Assembly: GCA_051294375.1 (NCBI GenBank)
Contig: JBJCIZ010000790.1
Coordinates: forward strand, 1-9,737
Length of the DNA: 9,737 nt
Reading direction: 5' to 3'
Source of the DNA: Paraspadella gotoi
Lineage: Eukaryota; Animalia; Chaetognatha
Positions 1 to 8,506 of the stretch are shown piece after piece. The notes beneath the pieces were generated by a model, which was given only the letters and a program-made list of their open reading frames with translations, was not told the DNA's origin and made no database searches. The translations under genes were made by a program, and so were the position numbers. Every line of letters starts with the position of its first letter. Position 1 is the first letter of the stretch.

Positions 1-14
1 CAAGAGAGAATTAA

Positions 15-172
15 TTGAATGCGCATGATAATAATACTGTGTGTGATTTGATTGATGCGATGATAGTCATGTCATTGAATGGGATGATAATCATTTATCT
101 GATATGATGATAATCATTCATTGATGCGGTGATAGTCAATTCATCCTGACCGCGATGGAGATCATTTCAATC
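15..172. repeat. Degenerate minisatellite, ~22-24 bp unit (approx. TTGATGCGATGATAATCATTCA)
   Basis: gatgata(a/g)tcat..cattga recurs about 5-6 times in tandem. Confidence 0.7.
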
Positions 173-212
173 GCTTAATAAAACAAACAACATGCGTGTA
201 TGAAAAAATGAA

Positions 213-243
<31 letters not shown>

Positions 244-1222
244 GAGAGAGAGAAGAGAGAGAGAAGAGGTGAGAGAGCTGTCAGTTTTCCACTCTCGTTT
301 ATATAAAGAATAATCAAAATTTTTCAGAAAAAAAATTTCACGAAAATCTTCGGATGTAAATTTGGGATTTGTGTATTGAGAAATAAAAGCGCGGAAATAA
401 ATGGCGGTTGAGAAGAGAGAGAGAGAGTAGAGAGAGAGTAGAGAAAGAATAGAAGAGAAGCTGGACCGCCCTGCCAGAGCTGCACTCGTTTTTCGACGTA
501 ATCTGAGTAGGGAACGAACTCTTTTTTCCTTTCTAATATTTTTTTGTTACTCTTATCAAAAAAAAATTTTGTCCTCATCTTAAGTTTTTCTTGATGAATT
601 TTAGATTGTTCTTTTTTTTAAGAGAAACCAGAACCGAGGTCAAATTTCATATTTGCATATTTTAACTAATTTATAAATATTTATCCCAGACTCAAGATAT
701 ATTATTATTTAAAAAAGTAATAAAAATGATTATAATATTATACACTAAATATTAAATTTTACTTAATTAAAATTTTTAAAATTGTTTATGAAAATAACAA
801 AATAAAGTACTGTTTTAATTTGGAACAATACGTCTCTCATTCTCTGTAACCTCCTACTTTTAGATATAATTTGCCAACTAGTGGGCGACCGGTCAAAGTT
901 ACAGTAATACAACAAAAACAAAATTTTTTTTTTGTTAGCCAAAGTTATACTATGGCAATTAAAATTAATCCGCGCAATTGCCGGACATATAGTACGCTAC
1001 TATGTAGCAGCAGCAAGCTGATGTACATGTGACATTGCCTGGCATTTTTTTCTAAAAGGAATACATGTGAATTCCCTCGATGTGTAAACTTTGGTATTGT
1101 CATAGAGAAAAAAAAAATAAATGCGATAAATAAAGAGTTTTAGAAGGAAAAAAATAATAGGAATTTTCAAAAAAACGAAACGATCGTACACTTGAGAGAG
1201 AACCAGAGAGAAAGAAGAGAGA

Positions 1223-1258
<36 letters not shown>

Positions 1259-1601
1259 CTGAAAGCAGAGCCGGAACTCGTTTACTCGTTTACTCGTCGC
1301 CTGGTGAAAAAAAAAGTGACTAAAAAATTTTTTTTGTAAAAAAAAAAAAGAGAGAGAGAGAAGATAGAGCCGGAACTGCGTTTAAATGACGGAGGTGAAA
1401 AAAAGGCTGACTAAAAATTATTTTTGTACAAAAAAAGAGATAAGAAAGAGAGAAAGAGAGAGAGAGAACAGATAGGACAGAAAGATAGAGAGAGAGAGAG
1501 AGAGACGGAGAGAGAGGAGAGAGAGAGAGAGAGGCCGGAACTCGTTTACTCGTTACAAGTGAAAACTTTTTTTTTTGTAAAAAAAAAGAGAGAGAGAGAG
1601 C

Positions 1602-1638
<37 letters not shown>

Positions 1639-2062
1639 AAGGAGAGAGAGAGAGAGAGAGAGAAGAGCAGAGAGAAAGTTTTCCCGCCAACGATAACGCA
1701 ATATTAGGTCACTCTTGTTTATATCGGCGGTGATCTCGGTCAAGTTGATTTTTTTTATACATCGTAAACGTTTCGTGCCAATCAAAACAGCGTTATTAGG
1801 TCATGTTCCTCGACATTGTTTTACTCGTTGCCGCACCGCAACGGCCCACGAAATCCAGGTCAATAAAGTTTTATTCTTCAAACATTTTCTAAAAAAATTC
1901 CACGAAAATCTAGAATGTAAACTTTGGGATTTTGTATTGAGAAAGAAAGCGCGGAATAAATGGCGATAATAAAAGTTTTTAGAAGGAAAGAAATAATAAA
2001 GAATTTTCAAAAAACGGTGGTAAATACAAAGTGAAATAATTTTTTTTGTAAAAAAGAGAGAG

Positions 2063-2095
<33 letters not shown>

Positions 2096-2357
2096 GAGAG
2101 AGAGAGAAGAAGAGACGGAGGGAGACGGAGGGAGAGAGAGAGAGAGAGCCTCGAACTCGTTTTTTTTAAAACGATTTCAGAAAAGGCCCCGCGCCTGATC
2201 AAATATATATGTTTTTTAGAAGAAAAAATAATCAGACATTTTTCAAAAAACGAACGATCCACGCAAACAGAATCGCACACCAAAGAGAAAGACAGAGAGA
2301 AACTGAATCGTTTTTTAAACGATTCAGAAAGGGCCAGCGCCTAATAAAATATATACC
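213..2357. repeat. Complex satellite-like region of (GA)n tracts interleaved with repeated modules
   Basis: (GA)n tracts at ~213-277, 410-458, 1194-1254, 1436-1532, 1588-1675 and 2055-2147. Module 'cacgaaaatct..atgtaaa.tttgggatt..gtattgagaaa.aaagcgcggaa.taaatggcg' at ~321-407 and ~1885-1966, partial at ~1083-1180. Module 'gagccggaactcgttta...gtgaaaa...tttttgtaaaaaa' at ~1268, ~1366 and ~1532. The stretch ~540-1080 is AT-rich and not clearly part of the modules. Confidence 0.8.
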
Positions 2358-2916
2358 TATAATTAAAAAAATAAATAAAAGAAAGGCAAAAATGTTAGCA
2401 AGGTTTACAATTGGAAACTTTTCCAATTTTTTTCCAATCGCAGCCTCCTGTAAACAGATTTTAATTTTTATTTGTATTAAAATTAAGATAATAGCTTCTC
2501 ATTAAAAAATCCCTTTGAGTTCCCATTTTATTAGAAATATTAACAAAAAATTTTTTTGAAATTTCATCTTCAATATTTATACTACTGCAATATGTTAAAT
2601 TAGCTTAAAGCTTTCTATATACTAATTTGGATATTATAAATCAGTACTATAATCTCATTGGCATATTGCAGTAAAGTAATAATGAAATGGAAAATTCACA
2701 ACAAAAAAATACTTAAATCCAAATGTAATAAGAAAATATCAAAGGCTATTTCAAGATTGGAGAAGCCATATCTAAATTTTTAACTTACTATGAATGCACA
2801 CTTTGTTAAAACTTTATCATAATTCATAAATAATATTTTATTTTAAAAAAACGGTAAGTCACAGTCAAACCTATAAAAGCGTAAGTAGTTTTTTTATAAT
2901 GGGAAGAAACAGCGCT

Positions 2917-3012
2917 GACGGACGAGAACGACGACGACGCTACGTCAAACAAAGAGCTCACCCGATCAATATCAAGCCTGAACCGGCGAAGCCGGTCATG
3001 GCTTGATAACAA
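2917..3012 (+). mobile_element. Possible terminus of a Helentron/DINE-1-like non-autonomous element (GACG-like microsatellite plus terminal hairpin)
   Basis: gacggacgagaacgacgacgacg (2917-2939), then hairpin TATCAAGCC-TGA-a-CCGGC-gaa-GCCGG-TCA-t-GGCTTGATA (2970-3008). The other end was not located. Confidence 0.4.
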
Positions 3013-3984
3013 GTTTGAGCAATAGGGCGGGTTAAATTTGATCCCTTTTTATCATTAGAAGTTCTGTCATATAAAATTCATTTGTCCATCATATACAGGG
3101 TAGGGATTCAAAACTTAGAAAATCCGTATCACTTCTTCTTTTTTTTACTTTATGACGCATTGTGTGTATTAAAATAAAAAAATTGAATTGAAGATACTTA
3201 ACCAGACCTTGTTGTAACTATTAATGCAATGCGATAAGCACTGTTGCAAAAACGACACCTGCCACAGCACCCAAAAGAATCAGAGCTGCTCTTCATAAAC
3301 TCTTCTGAAAGATTGACCCATAGCTCATAAACGGTTTATCCTAGCCTATCAATATTTTGGTTAAAAGTCATATGGGTGCCCCCCTTTAAAACACCCTACT
3401 TAGCAAAGTTAAAAATAATTTGATATGGATAATATAAAGCCGGAAAATCCTTCGTCAAAAATTAAAATGTTGCTGCATCTGAAATCTTCATTTTTTTCAG
3501 CTGTAAACAATAAAGCCCTTTGTTACAGCCAGAGATGCCAGACGCGATCCGGGAGGCGGACTAGAATACGCGCGGAGGCGCATGTTTTTGAGGTGGCGAA
3601 ACTTGGACTAGAGTCAAAAATTGGGGAGAAGGGAGGCGAATGCGGAGACGCAAAAAACGTTTGCGCGTTCGCCCTCTTGTGCTTTTGTTTTTATAGGCGG
3701 AAAATCAAAAAGGTTTCGCTAAATTAAAACCTTTCTTTTGTTCCAAAAATTGTTCATTCTTTCAAATTTATTTATCAAAAAGAGAATATTCTCCTAGTTC
3801 TGTTTATATTTATTTTAAATAATAAGTTGTACATAAGCATAATTTTTATATCTTTTTTTAATACATCATTCACTCAATTTATTCCTTTTTTTAAACACAA
3901 AGCATAATTAATTAGTTAATTTATTCCTATGAATAATTTAATTAATCATTTAATGGTGGACTAAAATCCACCAACCGTTCATCA

Positions 3985-4059
3985 GCGGCCATTGGTGCCG
4001 GAGGCAAAGTCATTCGCCTCCCAACCCCAAAGGTCCGGGGTTCTAGCCCGGTGGTCGTC
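3985..4059 (+). promoter_or_regulatory. tRNA-derived (Gly-like, CCC at anticodon position) Pol III internal promoter in the LTR; not a functional tRNA
   Basis: Acceptor-like stem GCGGCCA/TGGTCGT, A-box-like TGGTGCCGGAGG (3993-4004), TCGCCTCCCA resembling the tRNA-Gly anticodon arm, T-arm/B-box GGTTCTAGCCC (4039-4049) within a CCGGG/CCCGG stem. D and anticodon stems are degenerate. Confidence 0.75.
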
Positions 4060-4061
4060 TG

Positions 4062-4142
4062 GCAGTTAAGAAGGGACGGGGCCGCTTTTAAACCCGCCTG
4101 TAACATGGTGTTAAAAGGCTGATCCGAAGCTCAGGGACTGGC
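4062..4142 (+). ncRNA. Twister ribozyme-like motif (P5-type), 5' LTR copy
   Basis: Core retained: GA-CGG, TAA, CCC-GC and loop CTGA-TCCGAAGC-TCAG. P1 and P3 carry indel noise. Predicted cut near 4089/4090. Confidence 0.65.
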
Positions 4143-4197
4143 TTATATTGAACGCGTTCCTGTCATTAAGCACTTATCAATAATTACTGCTCTTCAT

Positions 4198-4210
4198 TGG
4201 TGAGCCCGAC
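4198..4210 (+). promoter_or_regulatory. Primer-binding site, tRNA-Trp-like
   Basis: TGGTGAGCCCGAC matches 12/13 nt of the tRNA-Trp PBS TGGTGACCCCGAC and lies 1 nt after the LTR's CA end. Identical in copy 2 (6375-6387, -). Confidence 0.8.
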
Positions 4211-4242
4211 TTCCCGAACACAACAAGCAACAACAACATTTT

Positions 4243-4339
4243 CAGGCGACATGCCTCAACCTGGCGATGCACTTTCTGCCACAACACATCAGGCGACATG
4301 CCTCAACTTGGTGACGAACTTTTCCCACACAACAACAAT
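4243..4339 (+). repeat. Internal ~47-bp tandem duplication with small hairpins
   Basis: CAGGCGACATGCCTCAAC at 4243 and 4290, each followed by tgg.ga.g.acttt...cacaac. AGGC/GCCT stem. Also present in copy 2. Confidence 0.8.
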
Positions 4340-4371
4340 TCACTGAGAGATTGCAACAGACTTCTCCCTAC

Positions 4372-4382
4372 GGGAGGGGGGA
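4372..4382 (+). promoter_or_regulatory. Polypurine tract
   Basis: GGGAGGGGGGA directly abuts the TG of the 3' LTR. Equivalent tract at 6203-6212 (-). Confidence 0.85.
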
Positions 4383-4620
4383 TGTATGGTGGACTAAAAT
4401 CCACAACCGTTCATCAGCGTCTGCGCATTGGTGCCGGAGGCAAGTCACATTCGCCTCCCAACCCAGGTCCGGGTTCTAGCCGGGTGGTCGTCTGGCAGTT
4501 AAGAGGGACGGGGCGCTTAACCCGCCTGTAACATGGTGTTACAGCCTGATCCGAAGCTCAGGGACTGCTTATATTGAACGGTTCTGTCATTAACACTTAT
4601 CAATAATTACTGTCTCTTCA
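4383..4620 (+). repeat. 3' LTR of family A copy 1
   Basis: TG...CA termini; contains tRNA-like head (~4417-4491) and twister-like motif (4495-4568). Confidence 0.9.
4495..4568 (+). ncRNA. Twister ribozyme (P5-type permutation), best-preserved family A copy
   Basis: P5 GCAGTT 4495-4500/GACTGC 4563-4568; P2 GG/CC; conserved GA 4507-4508; T1 CGG 4509-4511/CCG 4551-4553; P1 GGCGCT 4512-4517; U^AA 4518-4520; T2 GC 4524-4525/GC 4556-4557; P3 CTGTAACA/TGTTACAG; P4 CCTGA/TCAGG closing loop U-CCG-AA-GC. This fits the twister U-NNN-AA-GC loop and GA-NNN/UAA pattern. Confidence 0.78.
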
Positions 4621-4691
4621 CATTTATTCATAATTCTATTCTATTTATGTTATTTATTTACTTTATCATTTAAGTTATCAAATAATTTTTT

Positions 4692-5245
4692 TATCTAGCA
4701 TCATATTTTTAAACTTGCACCTTTTTTAATTTGCATTATTATTTTAACTGGCATCATTTTTTCAACTGACATAATTTTTTTAACATGCATTATTTTTTAT
4801 TATATTATTTTACAACTTGAATCATATTTTTAATTTGCATTATTTTTTTAATCTATATCATTTTTTGAATTGTTTTTATCTTGGATCATTTTTTAACTTG
4901 CATCATTTTTTAAACTAGCTTCATTTGGAACTTTTATATTTTTTTTATTTGCATTATTTTTTTAACTTGCAATCATTTTTATTTCATTTCATTTTTTTTA
5001 ATTTGCATTATTTTTGAAAATTGCATCATTTTTTTAACTTCCATTATTTTTTTGATTTATAATATTTTTTGGATTTGCATTATTTTTTAACCTACATCAT
5101 TTTTTCATTTTAAATCATTTTTTATCTCGCATAATTTTTTGAATGCATAATTTTTTAACCTATATCATTTTTCTACTTGCATCATTTTTTTCAAACTGCA
5201 TCATTTTTTAAACTTGCCTTATTTTTTTAACTTGTATTATTTTTC
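4692..5245. repeat. Minisatellite, ~19-21 bp unit (approx. TAACTTGCATCATTTTTT)
   Basis: Roughly 25 degenerate tandem copies of aa(c/t)ttgcat(c/t)attttt. Confidence 0.88.
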
Positions 5246-5929
5246 TTTTTTGTAATTTTTAAAATTTATATTACCTTTTAACTTATATGGTTTTAATTTT
5301 TATATTAAAATTTATATTATCAATTTATTTATACAAACAATTCATAAAATTGATACAAACAATATAACAATTATCCATTTGTTGTTAGTTTGTGAAAAAA
5401 TTTATTTATTAATTAATTAATATATAAAAACTAATTAATTATTGTTTTAACTAATTAATTAATTATCGCTAATGATCGTCATCAGATCTGGCATTGTTAT
5501 TCTGATTGTTGAAATTTAGCGCCTCCAGCATCCCTGGTTACAGCCATACATATTAAACCCAAGGGTATTGCCTATTCATAAATGTCAAGAAATGGAATCT
5601 CAGTACTCTATAGTAGACTGCAGCAATGGTTTTTAACACAGTAGCAAAAATACAAAGAAATATTTTTTTATTTCATGCTGCAGTATATTGCATTATGCTA
5701 TTAACTTGATATTCTATACATAGAGTCCCAACTACATTAGTTATTGTTTTCCAAGCTTACAGAGATCGCACTCAGACACACTACAGTGTGAACTTTAAAA
5801 AAAAAATTTACAGCATCTTAAAATATCTTTTAAAAATCAAGGATAGAAATAACTTCTCAAACTGCTGCAGCTTAATGGCCATAGGGTAATAAAGATAACA
5901 TGTCCCAGTAAATATTTCTACATTGAGTT

Positions 5930-6694
5930 TGAAGAGACAGTAATTATTGTTATGTGTTAGTGACGAACCGTCAATATAAAGCAGTCCCTCGCAGCTTTCG
6001 GATAACAGGGCTCTGCTAACACACAACTGTTCACAGAAGGCGGTATTTGAAGCGCCAGTAGACGAGAGAGTACCTCAGGCCTCTAACTGCCAGACGACCG
6101 ACCGGTCGTAAGAACCCGGACCCTTTGGTTGGGAGGCGAATGACTTGCCTCCGGCACAATGGCCGCTGATGAACGGTTGGTTATTTTAGTCGCACCATAC
6201 CATCCCCCCTCCACGTAGGAAGGATGTCTGTTGCGTTCTTCAGTGAATTGTTGTTGTTGTGGACAAGTTCGTCAACCAAGTTGAGGCATGTCGCCTGATG
6301 TGTTGTGGGCAGAAAGTGGCATCGCCAGTGAGGCATGTTCGCTGAAAGTGTTGTTGTTGCTGTTGTGTTCGGAAGTCGGGCTCACCAATGAAGAGACCAG
6401 ACAATTTGATTGTTATGTTGTGCAGTAAGTGATGACAGACAACCTTTTCAATATTCACCCATCGCGTACCGTCCCTGAGGCAGTTCGCGAGGTTCATGGC
6501 TGTAACACACATGTGTACAGGCTGGGTTAATGCGCCGCGCGTCCGCCTCTTAACGTGCCCCAGACACGCACCGGGCTAGCGAACCCGGACCTTTGGTCCT
6601 TGGTTGGGAGGGCGTAATGACTTGCCGTTCCGGCACCAAATGCCGCTAGAACTACCGGTGAGTGGTGGCATTTTTATGTGTCCCAGACCATTTA
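5930..6694 (-). mobile_element. Family A TRIM copy 2 (reverse orientation, noisier)
   Basis: On the minus strand: 5' LTR ~6694-6389, PBS 6387-6375, internal duplicated hairpins, PPT 6212-6203, 3' LTR 6202-5930 ending GTCTCTTCA. tRNA-like heads at ~6564-6646 and 6094-6166; twister-like regions at 6471-6558 and 5981-6090. No clear TSD. Confidence 0.87.
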
Positions 6695-8191
6695 AATATT
6701 CTTCATTTGCTCTCTCTTTAAATTTTCTCCTTTATTAAGCATAATAAAGGGTTGCTTCCAGACAATATATTCATTGGCTTCTTGGGCATGCCTAACAAAT
6801 AGAGAGCTGGATTAGTTGTCTCGCTGTATTAACACGCACTTCTTATATAGCCAATGCACGGTTTTCACCGAACCTCAGAATAACCTATTTATGTCCTATT
6901 CTTAATAAACTTCATTAATTATAATAACACTACCTGACCTGAGGAATAGCTTAAGCCCATATTTTAGGTAGTCGGTTTTATGCTGGCAAAATCCGGCGCG
7001 GAGCATCATCCACAATGTTCAAGCCAACGTTTCATACTTCTTGGTACTCACATCTATCCGTGAATATTAGAGGATCAAGGCTGACGTCATGATTGTCGTT
7101 TAGACACGACGTAGCTGAAAAGAATATAGACGAAACACTCTTACAAGACGAAAAGACATCAGTGCAATATTTGCTCTGATCATGTAAGCTTAGATGGAAT
7201 CAAATAATAAAGTACGCAGAAGTAAATATAGATTCATCTTTAGTCTATGCGGAGCCGCCGATTCAGCACCGCGCATGTACACAGAGCATGAAGGTCTATT
7301 AAGGGTTCGTCACGTGTTTCTAATTTCCTAAGTTTGATTACTACCGCTGTACTTATCCAACTATTGTAAACTATCACTCATTTTTATAACTAGTGAAGCC
7401 ACAGCTATAACATGTGAAGTATCTTAAATATTTAATGCATAGGCAAATTGGAAAAAAAGAAAATTTGTAAAAAAATTTTTTATTCTTTGAGAACGGATTC
7501 AGATAGCCCATTTGAAAAAGTATAGATGCTGGTGTTCTTCATATCTCGGATGAACTAAGTGGTACATAATTGAAAAACCCCTTAAAAATTTATCATCATC
7601 ATCATCAATACCGAGTAATTTTTATAGTTTTGTCTAATTTAACCCCATAAAAACATAAAAATTGAATTCCTTGTAAATATATTCTTTATTATTTTTTTTA
7701 AAGCTCTACCCGAATCCGCTTTTTAAAAAATTCTGAATTTGAAATATAAGATTTTCATGATTTATAGTAATATCGATAAACTTAAAATGCTTCTATGTCA
7801 TAACATACATAAAATCTTAATTTTTTTTTTTATCCCACCAGGAATGCTTTTATCCGTTATTTATATGACGAACTCTTAGTTTTGCCTTTGTTCCGCCTAC
7901 AATAATTAACAGAAGGTAACAGCTAATCAGATGATAAATGACGAAATAAATTCTTTTCCAAAATTCAATTGTGATCAAATAACACGATTGACCATACCAA
8001 ACCAATGGCTTAGCGCATATACATGTAAATCGTGCTTGCAAGGGATTAAACTGGAACTGTTACTATAGAACAAACCCAAATATCTCGATTTCTTACTATT
8101 ATGTAGATTAGTTAAAGCTTTCTTATTTATTTATAAACCATTGCTAAAATACTTTACAAATAATCGCATCAAATTTAATAAATAGAGATAT

Positions 8192-8408
8192 TGAAGAGCA
8201 GCAATATATGTCGGAATATGCTGTTAATGACAGAACCGAAATATAAGGGAGGCCGCAGTCTCCTACCTCTGGAGGCTTTGGCATCAAGGACACTGTACAT
8301 CCACCATGCTTAAGACGAGGCGGAGATTGAGAGCGCCCCGTCCCCCTTCTTACCTGCTAGGCGACCAACCAGGGGTGTAGGGAAACCCGGGACCTTTGGT
8401 TGGGAAGG
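8192..8408 (-). mobile_element. 5'-truncated family A LTR (copy 3)
   Basis: Minus strand reads cccaaccaaaggtcccgggtt...ggtcgcct...aagaagggggacggggcgc...gactgc...cggttctgtcattaac...ctgctcttca, colinear with the LTR from the anticodon arm to the CA end. Confidence 0.8.
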
Positions 8409-8433
8409 ATTCTTAGTACCAAACCGATTAGCA

Positions 8434-8506
8434 TAATCTTGTCCTTGACTAAGGTGCGAGTGAGTTGCGGTTAAGGCCTCCATGCAACACATCTCAGACA
8501 AGAATA
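8434..8506 (-). ncRNA. Degenerate twister-like motif, family B downstream copy
   Basis: Direct repeat of 8827-8889. Retains TGG-AGGCCT-TAA and P5 (TCTTGTC/GACAAGA); L4 and P4 are corrupted. Confidence 0.5.

Larger units (their letters stand above)
3951..4196 (+). repeat. 5' LTR of family A copy 1
   Basis: Colinear with 4383-4620. Ends CTCTTCA one base before the PBS. Starts TAATGG rather than TGTATGG. Confidence 0.88.
3951..4620 (+). mobile_element. Non-autonomous miniature LTR retroelement (TRIM) with tRNA-like head and twister-like motif in each LTR; family A copy 1
   Basis: Direct repeats 3951-4196 and 4383-4620; the 3' LTR runs TGTATGG...CTCTTCA. PBS at 4198-4210, PPT at 4372-4382, flanking duplication CATT(TA) at 3947 and 4621, no coding capacity. 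Confidence 0.9.

Noticed and set aside
324-2505. ORFs in the GA-rich region (ER- and SL-rich peptides)
   Set aside because: They are translations of microsatellite and homopolymer tracts with no recognisable domain.
2995-3050. Minus-strand twister-like string (GGGA..TTAACCCGCC..GTTATCAAGCC)
   Set aside because: T1 is out of register, P3 does not pair and P4 is mismatched; the plus-strand hairpin explains this region better.
3092-3400. Tc1/mariner-like TIR start (tatacagggt)
   Set aside because: No matching inverted terminus was found.
3985-4059. Functional tRNA-Gly(CCC) gene
   Set aside because: Anticodon and D stems do not pair, there is no downstream terminator, and it is embedded in a repeated LTR.
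4298-4531. 77-aa ORF, and ORFs 5808-6026, 6240-6512 and 8310-8501
   Set aside because: They overlap the non-coding elements, frames are not conserved between copies, and no gag, RT or integrase motifs are present.
4692-5245. CRISPR array
   Set aside because: Units are contiguous and degenerate with no unique spacers, and the context is eukaryotic.
4621-5929. Fold-back read artefact as the explanation for the inverted TRIM copies
   Set aside because: The spacer and outer flanks are not reverse complements of each other.
6166-6200. Hammerhead core CTGATGA on the antisense strand of the LTR
   Set aside because: No downstream GAAA box at a suitable position after a stem II.
6929-6972. Stem ACTACCTGA/TTAGGTAGT enclosing GA-GGA-ATAGCT-TAA
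   Set aside because: It resembles half a twister but has no P4/L4 domain and the hexamer is not palindromic.
7490-8050. MITE or piggyBac-like ends (ttaacccc at ~7639, aagggattaa at ~8040; inverted cggattc/gaatccg)
   Set aside because: The matches are too short and the putative TIRs do not extend.
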